64,000 nucleotides of DNA. Source: an uncultured Chloroflexota bacterium (GTDB taxonomy: Bacteria > Chloroflexota > UBA11872 > VXNJ01). The notes beneath the pieces were generated by a model. The model saw only the letters and a program-made list of their open reading frames with translations, did not search any database and was not told the origin of the DNA. Position numbers and translations under genes: made by a program. This document shows, in pieces, positions 32,028 through 41,718 of this stretch. The stretch spans positions 4,787 to 68,786 of the forward strand of contig CAJWLF010000013.1 in NCBI GenBank assembly GCA_913043205.1, read 5' to 3'. The stretch's first letter is position 1, and each line of letters starts with the position of its first letter.

Positions 32028-32783
32028 ATGTCTAGACCAGACTCATCAAATAGGACATCCGGGCCAGAGCCGAAAGGTCTAGAAACAATGACCCGAGCAT
32101 TAGCTGACGCTAACAATTATCACAGGTGGCTTTTTGGAGAGATAGAACCATTTTTAGGGCATAAAGCCCTAGAGGTCGGAGGGGGGAGTGGAAACCTCAC
32201 TCGACTATTGCTACCGCAAGTTGACACGACCGTAATTGAACCATCGCAGGCAGCACTAGACACACTAATTAACAGAATAGGCAAATGTGCTAATTTCCAC
32301 CCGGTATTAGGTAACATATGTGACCAAAGCATGGTCAGCGACTTCACTAAATCTGGATTTGATACCGTAGTCAGTTCAAACGTCATAGAACATATAGAAA
32401 ATGACCTGTTAGCAGTTCGTGGAATACATCAAATCCTCAAACCGAATAATGGAAGGGCGCTTATTATCGTACCTGCCCACCAGTGGCTGTTCGGAACTCT
32501 TGATACCGCAGCTGGTCACTACCGACGGTATTCAAAGTCCACTTTGTCCAAACTGTTTGTCGATACCGGATTTAAGATAGAACATTGCTACCACCTAAAC
32601 ATAGTGGGGGCCTTTGCCTGGTACCTAAATGGATCACTCATACGGACTAGAGACCTGAATGCAAATATGATAGGTAAACAGGCCCTATTATTTGATCGAT
32701 TTGCTGTCCCTGTATTAAAACGCCTGGAGGGAATTTACCATCCGCCATTTGGACAATCTTTAGTGCTAGTGGCAAAAGCATAA
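32028..32783 (+). CDS. Class I SAM-dependent methyltransferase
   Basis: LEVGGGSGN, FDTVVSSNVIEHI, VPAH..LFGTLD..AGHYRRY. Confidence 0.9.
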   Translation: MSRPDSSNRTSGPEPKGLETMTRALADANNYHRWLFGEIEPFLGHKALEVGGGSGNLTRLLLPQVDTTVIEPSQAALDTLINRIGKCANFHPVLGNICDQSMVSDFTKSGFDTVVSSNVIEHIENDLLAVRGIHQILKPNNGRALIIVPAHQWLFGTLDTAAGHYRRYSKSTLSKLFVDTGFKIEHCYHLNIVGAFAWYLNGSLIRTRDLNANMIGKQALLFDRFAVPVLKRLEGIYHPPFGQSLVLVAKA

Positions 32784-32879
32784 GAACAGGATTGAGGCAC
32801 CAGTTCTATCAGACATGCGAGACAGCTAAATGAATGTCCAAACAGACTAACTCCAAATGTTTATGCTCAATCCGATACG

Positions 32880-34412
32880 CTAACCAAAACGATGTATTCG
32901 CCGAGGGGCGATGTATTTCTCCGCAGTTCCTACCGATTCCAGATACTCCACCAGAAGCCCCTGTAATTCGCGAGCAATCTCCGGCTTCTCATCAACCAAA
33001 TCGACTTGGTGATCCGGATCCGCCTGGTTGTCGTAAAGATGCGGCTGTAGGCTTAAATCTATAGGGCTCTCTTGACGAATATGTACTTGGTCGTCTCTAA
33101 GCACATTGACTGCTGTGCCTCCACCGTAACCTGTGATAGATATCGGGGTCTCATCGGATACTGGCGCCCCCATATAAAGCGTCCAATCATGGGTGCGCAC
33201 TGTAGCCGGCCTACCAGCCACCATACCAACCACGCTGTGCGATGATATAGACGCCTTTCTGATATCCTCTGCTTCACCAGTCAGTAAGGGCATAAATGAA
33301 TGACCGTGTATCCCATCTGGACATTCAGCTCCACCTAATTCAATCAATGTAGGCAAAATGTCCTGAGGCTGCACAAATCCGGATATTCGATCTCCTGCAG
33401 ATGTGAATCCAGGGATGTGACCTAACATAGGAATGTGGCTTATTGCCGGAAATAGCGGTAAGGGACTGGCGGGCTTGTTATGAGTCATAATGCTTTTGCC
33501 AGTAATTCCATATTCCCCAAATAGATACCCATGATCAGACATAAACAATACTGCAGTATTTGACCATAGATTCATCGCATCCACTGTATCCATCAAATGA
33601 CCAAACCAGCGGTCTACCATTGACACTTCCCCACAATAACGAGCATGTGCATTTCGCAATTCGTCTGCGGACAGAAATTCTTCCCAGAAATCGTAAGTTG
33701 GAAAGGTAATCTGAACATCGGCCCCGGGATCAAATTTGTCTACATACCATTGAGGAGGATCCCACGGCTCGTGGGGATCAAAAGTGTCAACGATCAAACA
33801 AAATGGACTTTCAGTCGCATTCATTTCCAACCATTCTGATGCACGCCTAAAAGTTGTAGGAGCAAAGTATTCGCTCTCGTATCGAGCATAATTAAGATTG
33901 CGTGTATGCTGCGAATATGACTGAGCGTTACTTCTTAACTTTCGGAGATCAAATGGGGGGTCTATGAAGTCGGGATTGGTCCTATATTCGTCACTCTCTT
34001 GTCCACGAATCCAATCCCATCCGGTAAATCCGCGCTGATAATGGTATCCAGACCGAAATATGTGTGGAGTGTCAGCGATCAACATGGTCTTATATCCCGC
34101 AGCATTAAGCACTTCAGGCATAGAGGTTTCTTTGTCAGGGAAAGGCTCCCATTCACCATAAGTGAATACAGATCGGCCCGTAAGCATTTCACGTCGATTC
34201 AAGACTGTAGGGAATGAACCTAAATGATAATTCTCAAATAAGGCTCCCTGAGCTGCCAATTTATCTATGTTCGGAGTTTGCATCGACCAAGTTCCGCCAG
34301 ACGCCCATCTCTCAGGCTGGGCACCATATGCACTCACATGATCCCGACGCAAAGAGTCTGAAATCACAATGATGAAATTCATTGGGTTTGAAGAATTAGC
34401 AGATACACTCAA
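32880..34412 (-). CDS. Sulfatase-like alkaline phosphatase superfamily hydrolase with an atypical nucleophile motif
   Basis: SDSLRRDH, TPNIDKLA, FDPHEPWDPP, SDHG. The C/S-x-P-x-R position reads T-V-L-N-R. Confidence 0.85.
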   Translation of the reverse strand: MSVSANSSNPMNFIIVISDSLRRDHVSAYGAQPERWASGGTWSMQTPNIDKLAAQGALFENYHLGSFPTVLNRREMLTGRSVFTYGEWEPFPDKETSMPEVLNAAGYKTMLIADTPHIFRSGYHYQRGFTGWDWIRGQESDEYRTNPDFIDPPFDLRKLRSNAQSYSQHTRNLNYARYESEYFAPTTFRRASEWLEMNATESPFCLIVDTFDPHEPWDPPQWYVDKFDPGADVQITFPTYDFWEEFLSADELRNAHARYCGEVSMVDRWFGHLMDTVDAMNLWSNTAVLFMSDHGYLFGEYGITGKSIMTHNKPASPLPLFPAISHIPMLGHIPGFTSAGDRISGFVQPQDILPTLIELGGAECPDGIHGHSFMPLLTGEAEDIRKASISSHSVVGMVAGRPATVRTHDWTLYMGAPVSDETPISITGYGGGTAVNVLRDDQVHIRQESPIDLSLQPHLYDNQADPDHQVDLVDEKPEIARELQGLLVEYLESVGTAEKYIAPRRIHRFG

Positions 34413-34421
34413 TTGAGACTC

Positions 34422-35396
34422 CTAAACATTAAGCAACACCTTTCCTGTAGTAAGTCTACCTTCTAGCTGCCTGTGTGCCTCCGCCGCATCAGCTAATTGG
34501 AATTCATGTTCCATCCTTAGATCAAGATCTCCCTCCCCAAGCATCCGAAACAGATCACCGGCACGCCATTCAAGATCTTGTCTGCTATACATGTGATCTG
34601 CCAGCGTAGGACGAGTAACATAAAGCGATCCATTCTGGGACAAATACAAAGGGTCTATTGCAGGGGCGTGTCCACTTGCATTGCCAAACAAGACCAAAGT
34701 ACCCCGTCTTTTTAAACAAGCAAGGCTATTCATCGCAGTTTCTTTAGCAACTGAGTCATAAACCACCTCTACACCTTCATCATCAGTTATTCGCATAACT
34801 TCCTGCTTAAAATCCTGATCCCTGTACAGAATTACATGATCGGATCCGGCATTTCGCGACAATTCAGCTTTCGCTTCGGTACCAACAGTCGTGATAACTG
34901 CAGCACCACGGCGCTTAGCTAATTGAGTCAGAAGCAGCCCAACACCACCCGCGCCAGCGTGTATTACGCAAGTATGATTAGATTGCAGAGGGAAAGTGCT
35001 ACTAGCTAGGTAGTGGGCAGTCATTCCTTGTAGCATCACCGCCGCCCCTTGTGTAGTCGACACTCCAGATGGTAGAACCACCAACTTGGAAGACGGTACA
35101 GCGGCGTACTCAGAGTAAGAACCTAAAGACATCGCCCAAGCCACACGATCACCAGATTTGAACCCATCGACATCGGGCCCTGTAGACTCCACTACTCCCG
35201 CTCCTTCGTTTCCTGGGACAAAAGGCAATTCCAAACCATACCCAGCAATCCCACTGCGATGGTAGGTGTCAATAAAATTGACTCCAGCGACTTCTACCTT
35301 GACTAAGACATCATCAGTACCGACTTCGGGTTGTTCAATATCTTCGAAAGATAATTTTTCAGGCCCCCCATTTTCATGCACCACAATAGCCTTCAT
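34422..35396 (-). CDS. qor: NADPH:quinone oxidoreductase (zeta-crystallin/MDR family)
   Basis: GVNFIDTYHRSG, PGNEGAG, LQGMTAHYL, HAGAGGVG, GSLYVTRP, TTGKVLL. Start at ATG 35396. Confidence 0.9.
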   Translation of the reverse strand: MKAIVVHENGGPEKLSFEDIEQPEVGTDDVLVKVEVAGVNFIDTYHRSGIAGYGLELPFVPGNEGAGVVESTGPDVDGFKSGDRVAWAMSLGSYSEYAAVPSSKLVVLPSGVSTTQGAAVMLQGMTAHYLASSTFPLQSNHTCVIHAGAGGVGLLLTQLAKRRGAAVITTVGTEAKAELSRNAGSDHVILYRDQDFKQEVMRITDDEGVEVVYDSVAKETAMNSLACLKRRGTLVLFGNASGHAPAIDPLYLSQNGSLYVTRPTLADHMYSRQDLEWRAGDLFRMLGEGDLDLRMEHEFQLADAAEAHRQLEGRLTTGKVLLNV

Positions 35397-35742
35397 ATCT
35401 GTCTTACCCCTTAAAGCGATTCGGCTAACTGCCATACGAGATGCAAAGTATACGCTTTGTTACAAGACAGTTTCGAACAACACGCACACCAGCAGAGATA
35501 ACGTAGCGAGAAAACCATTCGATTTTCGGTATTTGGGTTCACAACATTTAACACACTAAATACAAGTGTTACAGACAGATTTAAATCAAAAAAATCATTG
35601 CAACACAAGACGGATAGGGTATCAATGAACTAGAATCAATTTTACCTTGCGATGCCAGGTACCCAATTTGTGTAAACATATACCGGCAAGGTAAATAGCC
35701 AACTTTGGTTCTAGCTTAATCAGCTTCAAGGAGAACAGCCTC

Positions 35743-37158
35743 GTGAAAATGTACGTGGGAACAAAATGGATCGACACAGATCAAAAAATCGAAGTGTTGT
35801 CACCCTGGGACGGATCCCTATACGACACTGTCCCATCAGCCAGCACTCAAGACGTCGAAACTGCTCTTGCAACGGCCGAGATTGGCGCCAAAAAAATGGC
35901 GGCTCTCACCGGGTTTGAGCGTTATCAAATATTGCATCGAGCAGCTGACATGATAGTCGAAAAACGGGAAGATTTGGCCCAGACGATTACTCATGAAATG
36001 GGTAAAATCATTACCGAAGCTCGAGTGGAAGTTGAGAGAGCAGCAGAAATAATCTACTTGTCAGCTGAAGAAGCTAAACGCCTGGGCAGCGAAGTAATAC
36101 CATTGGATGGGGGACCGGGCGTAACCCACGACAAATTCGGTTTCACAATTCGGGTACCATGTGGAGTTGTTCTCGCCATAACCCCATTCAATTTTCCACT
36201 TCACCTAGTATGCCACAAAGTTGGTCCGGCATTAGCAGCTGGCAATGCTGTTATTTCCAAGCCGACATCGGATACGCCTATAGTCGCACTAAGACTTTGC
36301 GAAATAATGCTCGAGGCAGGAGTGCCGTCCGAAGCAATACAGTGCATCACAGGAAGCGGATCTACAGTTGGTAATGCTCTAGCAGCAGATCCACGAGTGC
36401 GGAAAATATCTTTCACTGGTAGCCGTGAGGTTGGAGAAGCGATCTGTAGAACCGCTGGACTCAAAAAAGTCACTATGGAACTAGGATCGAACGCGCCTGT
36501 CATAATTATGCCGGACGCAGACATGAACAAGGTTCACACCGCGTTGTTATCCACCGCATATGCTAACGCTGGCCAAGTCTGCATTTCCACACAGCGTATT
36601 TACGCCGACTCCACTGTATATGACGATTTCATAGATTCGTTCAGTGAAAGAGTAGGAAAACTTTCATACGGTGACCCGCGCGATGAGAACGTGCAAATGG
36701 GGCCCTTGGTTAGAGAGAGCGATGCTGTACGTGTAGAAGAATGGATTAATAGCGCTATCAACGATGGCGCCAAGCTTGTTACCGGCGGAAGCCGCAATGG
36801 CGCATTCGTAGAACCTACATTGCTAGCTAATGTCGACAAGAGCATGCGCGTAAGCTGCGATGAATTATTCGGTCCTGCAGCCGGCGTGTCCAAAGTCGAT
36901 AACATCGAAGAGGCAATCGCCTTAGCTAACGATACAAATTACGGTCTAAGTGCAGCAATATTTACGGAGAGCCTTGATTCAGCAATGAAATTTGCTCGCC
37001 AAGTCGATTCAGGTAACCTTCATATCAATTTCGGCACCCAGTGGCGTACTGACTTGATGCCATATGGAGGAGTGAAAGAAAGCGGATTTGGGAAAGAAGG
37101 TCCAAGCTACGCTGTCGAGGAAATGACTGAAACAAAAATGGTTGTAATGCACCTGTAG
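35743..37158 (+). CDS. NAD(P)-dependent aldehyde dehydrogenase
   Basis: ITPFNFP, SFTGS, MELGSN, AGQVCIS, ELFGP, PYGGVKESG.GKEG. Confidence 0.95.
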   Translation: MKMYVGTKWIDTDQKIEVLSPWDGSLYDTVPSASTQDVETALATAEIGAKKMAALTGFERYQILHRAADMIVEKREDLAQTITHEMGKIITEARVEVERAAEIIYLSAEEAKRLGSEVIPLDGGPGVTHDKFGFTIRVPCGVVLAITPFNFPLHLVCHKVGPALAAGNAVISKPTSDTPIVALRLCEIMLEAGVPSEAIQCITGSGSTVGNALAADPRVRKISFTGSREVGEAICRTAGLKKVTMELGSNAPVIIMPDADMNKVHTALLSTAYANAGQVCISTQRIYADSTVYDDFIDSFSERVGKLSYGDPRDENVQMGPLVRESDAVRVEEWINSAINDGAKLVTGGSRNGAFVEPTLLANVDKSMRVSCDELFGPAAGVSKVDNIEEAIALANDTNYGLSAAIFTESLDSAMKFARQVDSGNLHINFGTQWRTDLMPYGGVKESGFGKEGPSYAVEEMTETKMVVMHL

Positions 37159-37197
37159 AAAACAAAGCAAATCTAACATCTCTATTCATTTTTAGAT

Positions 37198-37968
37198 TCA
37201 AAAAATAAAACGGGCGAGGTCGTCTGCAAAAATGACCTCGCCCGGATAGTTTAGTGTCTTAAATTCTGAACAACGTTGATCATGACTCATCGCTAATACT
37301 TCTGGGTACAAATGTACCAACACCAATTTCCGGGCCTTTGCATTCAATGCCACTTCAACCGCCTGAACTATGGTTTGGTGCACGTCACTCTTCATACTCG
37401 AAGGATAAGCGGCTTCAAGAAGCAACAAATCTGCTCCTATTGCCAATTCTGTCACTGCGTCACACGGAGCTCCATCAGCCCCATAAAGCAATACTTTTCC
37501 GTACGATTCAACCCTGAGAGCTTGGGTAGGAATTGGATGAATAGCTGCTGCGGTTCGTAGAATTGCTTCACCAACAACAAATTCCTGACCATCAACCAGA
37601 TGGTGAAAGGCAATGTCAAATCCAGATTCGAACGATGCAGAAAAGGATTGCACATAATGCAGATAATTTCCCACGTCATTCGAACCATATATATTCAAGG
37701 TTGATTCCCTCTTAAATCCGGGGGCATGAGTGTAACTTTGAATTAGGGCAGCCAGCCCTCCCACATGATCAGGATGATTGTGACTAATAAATATGTGGTC
37801 TATTTCATTAGGATTTTCACCAGCTCTCATCAATTGCTGTAAACACCCGACACCAACGTCTAGAAGCCACAACTCACCATCATCAAGTCTTAATAAATGC
37901 GAAGACGGATATCTAACAGGATCAGGAACGCAAGTCCCTGATCCAAGCACGATTAATTCCACGACCAT
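37198..37968 (-). CDS. MBL-fold hydrolase, RNase Z-like
   Basis: VLGSG, LLDVG, SHNHPDH, YGADG, LVLVHLYP. Confidence 0.85.
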   Translation of the reverse strand: MVVELIVLGSGTCVPDPVRYPSSHLLRLDDGELWLLDVGVGCLQQLMRAGENPNEIDHIFISHNHPDHVGGLAALIQSYTHAPGFKRESTLNIYGSNDVGNYLHYVQSFSASFESGFDIAFHHLVDGQEFVVGEAILRTAAAIHPIPTQALRVESYGKVLLYGADGAPCDAVTELAIGADLLLLEAAYPSSMKSDVHQTIVQAVEVALNAKARKLVLVHLYPEVLAMSHDQRCSEFKTLNYPGEVIFADDLARFIF

Positions 37969-37987
37969 TCCTCATAATGTATGTCCT

Positions 37988-38827
37988 TCATCGTCCCATC
38001 GAAACATCATCAATTAGAAATTCGCTCCTATTATCGCCGAACACATCAACAAACTCGCCATCAGCCTCGTAAAACATGATCAGATTGTGATTATGCTTTG
38101 CCTCTGGATCCAGTGCTCCATCACTAATGGAACTAACAATTGTGTCGCCACGTGCTATCTTGGCTCCGGCACTTTCCCGAGGTAAATCAAGGTATTTTTC
38201 GGCAATTTCTGAATCGCCAGGAACATATAAATGAACTACCGGATTGTATTTAATTGAGTTTCCTGAAGGATCAGTAGGGATTATCTGAATACGGAGTGCA
38301 CCAGCTCCATACAAGTGGTACCCATCAGGCAGATCAGACTGCATTTTACGAAATCTAATGTTTCCGGATATTGGTGCTGTAACCCTGGATCGGACAGCAA
38401 GCTGTGCTGTGTGAGCGGGCACCATTTCACCCCCTGCGCCCAGAAGCACCATACGCAAATCGAAGAATCGGACAATACTCTTACAACCTGATTCATCGAA
38501 AGGTAAGTTTATTTGATAAGGCAATATCTCAATGACCTCATTATTCAGACGGTTTGAACAAGCAGTACTAGACTGAAAATCAAATTCTGGGACCACTATC
38601 TGCATAGGTGTATTTGTCAGTAAATCGGTTTGTGGGATCGTGGTAGCAACAACAGTAGTGACATTAGTTTCGAGCTGAGGATCTACCACCACATCTTGTT
38701 TAGATACATCATTGTTATACCCACATCCACTAAGAACAACACTCACTATGGCGACCAATATCCATACTTTCAATGGCAAATTCGATGGAATATATGCAAA
38801 ATAAATCGACCAAGACCCTTGCTTCAT
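37988..38827 (-). CDS. Hypothetical lipoprotein, possible degenerate M23/hybrid-motif domain
   Basis: Hydrophobic stretch ending in LSGC lipobox; Thr-rich linker; VTAPISG and GAKIARGDTI segments. Confidence 0.55.
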   Translation of the reverse strand: MKQGSWSIYFAYIPSNLPLKVWILVAIVSVVLSGCGYNNDVSKQDVVVDPQLETNVTTVVATTIPQTDLLTNTPMQIVVPEFDFQSSTACSNRLNNEVIEILPYQINLPFDESGCKSIVRFFDLRMVLLGAGGEMVPAHTAQLAVRSRVTAPISGNIRFRKMQSDLPDGYHLYGAGALRIQIIPTDPSGNSIKYNPVVHLYVPGDSEIAEKYLDLPRESAGAKIARGDTIVSSISDGALDPEAKHNHNLIMFYEADGEFVDVFGDNRSEFLIDDVSMGR

Positions 38828-38828
38828 A

Positions 38829-39236
38829 TCAATTCATTCTTTCCAAAAATAACCCGATCATGCGTCCGAATGCTATGCCAGCGAAAACTGCCACAACAGC
38901 CATTACATTCTGGCCTAAAATATTTCCGGCCGATTGTATCCAATCCGCATTCCGTAACAATCTAGCATTATCAAATGCAAAGCTAGAGAATGTTGTGAAC
39001 CCTCCCATAAATCCCACAAGCAATATCAGCCTGACTTGATCCATATCACCAGACCAATACTCCGATATTGCCCATATAACCCCAAATAAAAAACTTCCCA
39101 CAACATTGACCGCAAGTATTCCCCAGGGAAATCCGGCCCCACTCGAATTATGCATCATGTTAGTTATGACATAACGAGCCACCGTCCCACTCCCACCCGC
39201 AAGAAGAAGCCAAAATATTTTAGAAACTAGTTCCAT
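38829..39236 (-). CDS. crcB: Fluoride channel Fluc/CrcB
   Basis: GG.GTVARY, FPWGILAVNVVGSF, GFMGGFTTFSSF. Start at ATG 39236. Confidence 0.92.
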   Translation of the reverse strand: MELVSKIFWLLLAGGSGTVARYVITNMMHNSSGAGFPWGILAVNVVGSFLFGVIWAISEYWSGDMDQVRLILLVGFMGGFTTFSSFAFDNARLLRNADWIQSAGNILGQNVMAVVAVFAGIAFGRMIGLFLERMN

Positions 39237-39270
39237 ATACCAGGCCAGTCGTATGCACAGGTCAAAATCA

Positions 39271-40410
39271 TTACCAAGCAATCACTGATTCGGTATCAGC
39301 GTTGTGCTTGAATTCGTCTGTCAAACAGACGCTATCACCATAATCAAATCCAAGCTCACCCATCTTCCTTAACGCCCTTTGAACAAACACCTGATGATCC
39401 TCTCGGAGATATGGTTCCCAACATATGGCCCACGAATCAAGTTGTTGGTCCATCAAGCTGCCATCATTAGGCCCTACGGCTCGGTTCAATCCCCACTCAA
39501 CCCAATCTACATCATGCTGAAACGAACTAGAACCGGGTACTCCGATTCGACCAGGCCGACCCTTTCCTATTGGATCACCTTGCTCAATTGCTTCACCGTC
39601 CTGAACCATCAAATCTACAACATGGTCGTAGACAATATAATAGAGACCATTGTCCATGTAGATGATCACTTCCCAATCTGTCCAATACTGACCCTCTGGA
39701 TCAATATCGTCCCCATAAAATTGTTGCTCAGTAATTTTGACAGTACCAGATCCAGAGGCAATCAGAACCGTCTCTGGAACCATTTCAAGTAGCAAGTCAG
39801 GATTCTTCTTCCCTCTCACTTCCCACAAGTCTTCACCAAATCCCCCAGCAAAAGCTCCTATCACATAACTGCCCGAATACGATAACCCTCCAAATGACTT
39901 AGTGATTGGATCATAATTTTCTGTGATTTCAAATGGAAATACTAAGGATTGGGTTGGAGGAGGTGGTGTGGTCTTTTTGGAAGGAACCTCCAATTGACTC
40001 AGTGAAACAATCCTAATCAAATTGTTACAAGAAGAATTGCTACAATACTCTAAGCTAACCTTCAGATCGTCCGCTAACAACTCTTGATCATTCAGAGGAA
40101 ATTCAAAGACTGGATCAGTAGAGTATCGCGCACCACTTGTAGTCCAGCGAAGGCTAACGCCTTCAAGATACCCATCGGCTTTGCAGGAAACCCATTTTTG
40201 CACTTTATCGAGCCTACATTTGGCACTAACATCCATATGCTGTACCGCGAATGAATCCGAATCTAATTCAGTCCCATCTTGCGACCTGTCAAACCGATCT
40301 CGCACAATATATGCATTGCTGTCCCCATAACATGAATTTAGCATTGCAATGGAAGCTAGAATGGCTGTGCAACACCAGACCCATGTCAATAATCGATGGA
40401 TGAGCAACAC
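39271..40410 (-). CDS. Hypothetical secreted or lipoprotein with an M23-peptidase-like C-terminal domain
   Basis: Signal ending in LNSC; Pro-rich linker; YDHVVDLMVQDGEAIEQGDPIGKG resembles the M23 Y.H....V..G..V..G..IG segment. Confidence 0.55.
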   Translation of the reverse strand: MLLIHRLLTWVWCCTAILASIAMLNSCYGDSNAYIVRDRFDRSQDGTELDSDSFAVQHMDVSAKCRLDKVQKWVSCKADGYLEGVSLRWTTSGARYSTDPVFEFPLNDQELLADDLKVSLEYCSNSSCNNLIRIVSLSQLEVPSKKTTPPPPTQSLVFPFEITENYDPITKSFGGLSYSGSYVIGAFAGGFGEDLWEVRGKKNPDLLLEMVPETVLIASGSGTVKITEQQFYGDDIDPEGQYWTDWEVIIYMDNGLYYIVYDHVVDLMVQDGEAIEQGDPIGKGRPGRIGVPGSSSFQHDVDWVEWGLNRAVGPNDGSLMDQQLDSWAICWEPYLREDHQVFVQRALRKMGELGFDYGDSVCLTDEFKHNADTESVIAW

Positions 40411-40413
40411 CCG

Positions 40414-41664
40414 CTACCCAAATCGTTCGGGCTTGGTCATACTCAAGTCGAAGCCAGGTTCTTCGCCAGTAATTAGTCTCGCAACCACCTGCCCTGTTAC
40501 CGGCCCCAATGATAAACCTATCATTGCATGCCCTGCCGCAAAAACTAAATTATTCAAACGCTCACTTCGTCCAAGCAAAGGCAACCCATCAGGGGTACAA
40601 GGTCTGAGCCCCCGCCAAGTTTCTACATGACCCAGAGAATCCACCCCATTTAAATAACGTGCAGCCCCTTTGTTGATTGCATTTAATCTACGTTCATTAA
40701 TCCCTAAATCCATCCCTACCATCTCCAATGTACCCGCCAAACGAAGATTCGGCCCCATGGGTGTCACTGCTACTCGAGATTCGACCAGCAACATAGGAAC
40801 GTTGAATGATTCGACAGGACGAGCGTAGGTGATGCTGTAACCCTTAGCAGGCTGTATAACTGCTCTTAGTCTGAGCATAGCAGCTAATTCAGGAGTCCAT
40901 GCTCCAGAAGCCAAAACCACTTGCTCTGGCATGAAATCTCCCCGGGTTGTTCTAACCTTAATTATTTGGGCATCTTTTGTTTCAAATCCAACGGCTTCAG
41001 CCTCATTAATGAGAGTCACACCTTTGTCAACAGCATGTTGAGCCAACCCGTCGACAAACCTAGCAGGATCAACATGCGCATCGTCGGGATAGTGAATCAC
41101 CCCAGCCAGGCCTTCGCGTAGTTCAGGCACTAGCCTTATGGCCGCCGATCCCAAATGCACCGTACTCGGAATATTAGCTTTTCTCATTAAATCAGCTTCG
41201 TGTAACCCTGATTGCATTCCCTTATCAGAGTCATACACATAGAACAGACCCCGCCGCTCATAATGAGAATCAACTTCCAATTGATCCGACCACTCGGAAA
41301 ATAGGCCCCGACTAGCTAAATGCAAATCCCGCAATAGAGGTACAGCACGGTCTACATGTTCCTGATTGGCAAAAGAACGGAATTTCATCAGCCAGCGAAA
41401 AAGATTTAGATCAATACGAGGCCTTATATAGAAAGGACTTTCCGGATCGAACATCCATTTCAATCCCTCACCCATAACACCAGGAGCAGCCAGCGGCACA
41501 GAATGGCTGGGACAAACCAGCCCAGCATTCCCATAAGACGAGGCAAGCTCGTCACGACCTAAATCTACTACTGTTACATCGCATCCCAGATCGGCGAGGC
41601 AATACGCAGAAGATATCCCCATTATGCCACCACCAATTATTAGCACATCAGTGTTATTACTCAT
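40414..41664 (-). CDS. FAD-dependent D-amino acid dehydrogenase (DadA-like)
   Basis: IIGGGIMG, SYGNAG, PAKGYS, LRLAGTLE, WRGLRPCTPDGLP, GHAMIGLSLGP.TG. Confidence 0.92.
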   Translation of the reverse strand: MSNNTDVLIIGGGIMGISSAYCLADLGCDVTVVDLGRDELASSYGNAGLVCPSHSVPLAAPGVMGEGLKWMFDPESPFYIRPRIDLNLFRWLMKFRSFANQEHVDRAVPLLRDLHLASRGLFSEWSDQLEVDSHYERRGLFYVYDSDKGMQSGLHEADLMRKANIPSTVHLGSAAIRLVPELREGLAGVIHYPDDAHVDPARFVDGLAQHAVDKGVTLINEAEAVGFETKDAQIIKVRTTRGDFMPEQVVLASGAWTPELAAMLRLRAVIQPAKGYSITYARPVESFNVPMLLVESRVAVTPMGPNLRLAGTLEMVGMDLGINERRLNAINKGAARYLNGVDSLGHVETWRGLRPCTPDGLPLLGRSERLNNLVFAAGHAMIGLSLGPVTGQVVARLITGEEPGFDLSMTKPERFG

Positions 41665-41718
41665 ACAGCCATCATCTCAATAAGTTTCATCTCTAACCTA
41701 AGTCGAGACACAACATCA

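Noticed and set aside
39237..39290. Possible fluoride riboswitch before crcB (GGTAATGATTTTGACC on the minus strand)
   Set aside because: Only a weak resemblance to the first stem. The downstream GCUGAUG and pseudoknot elements are missing, and the space overlaps the upstream gene end.
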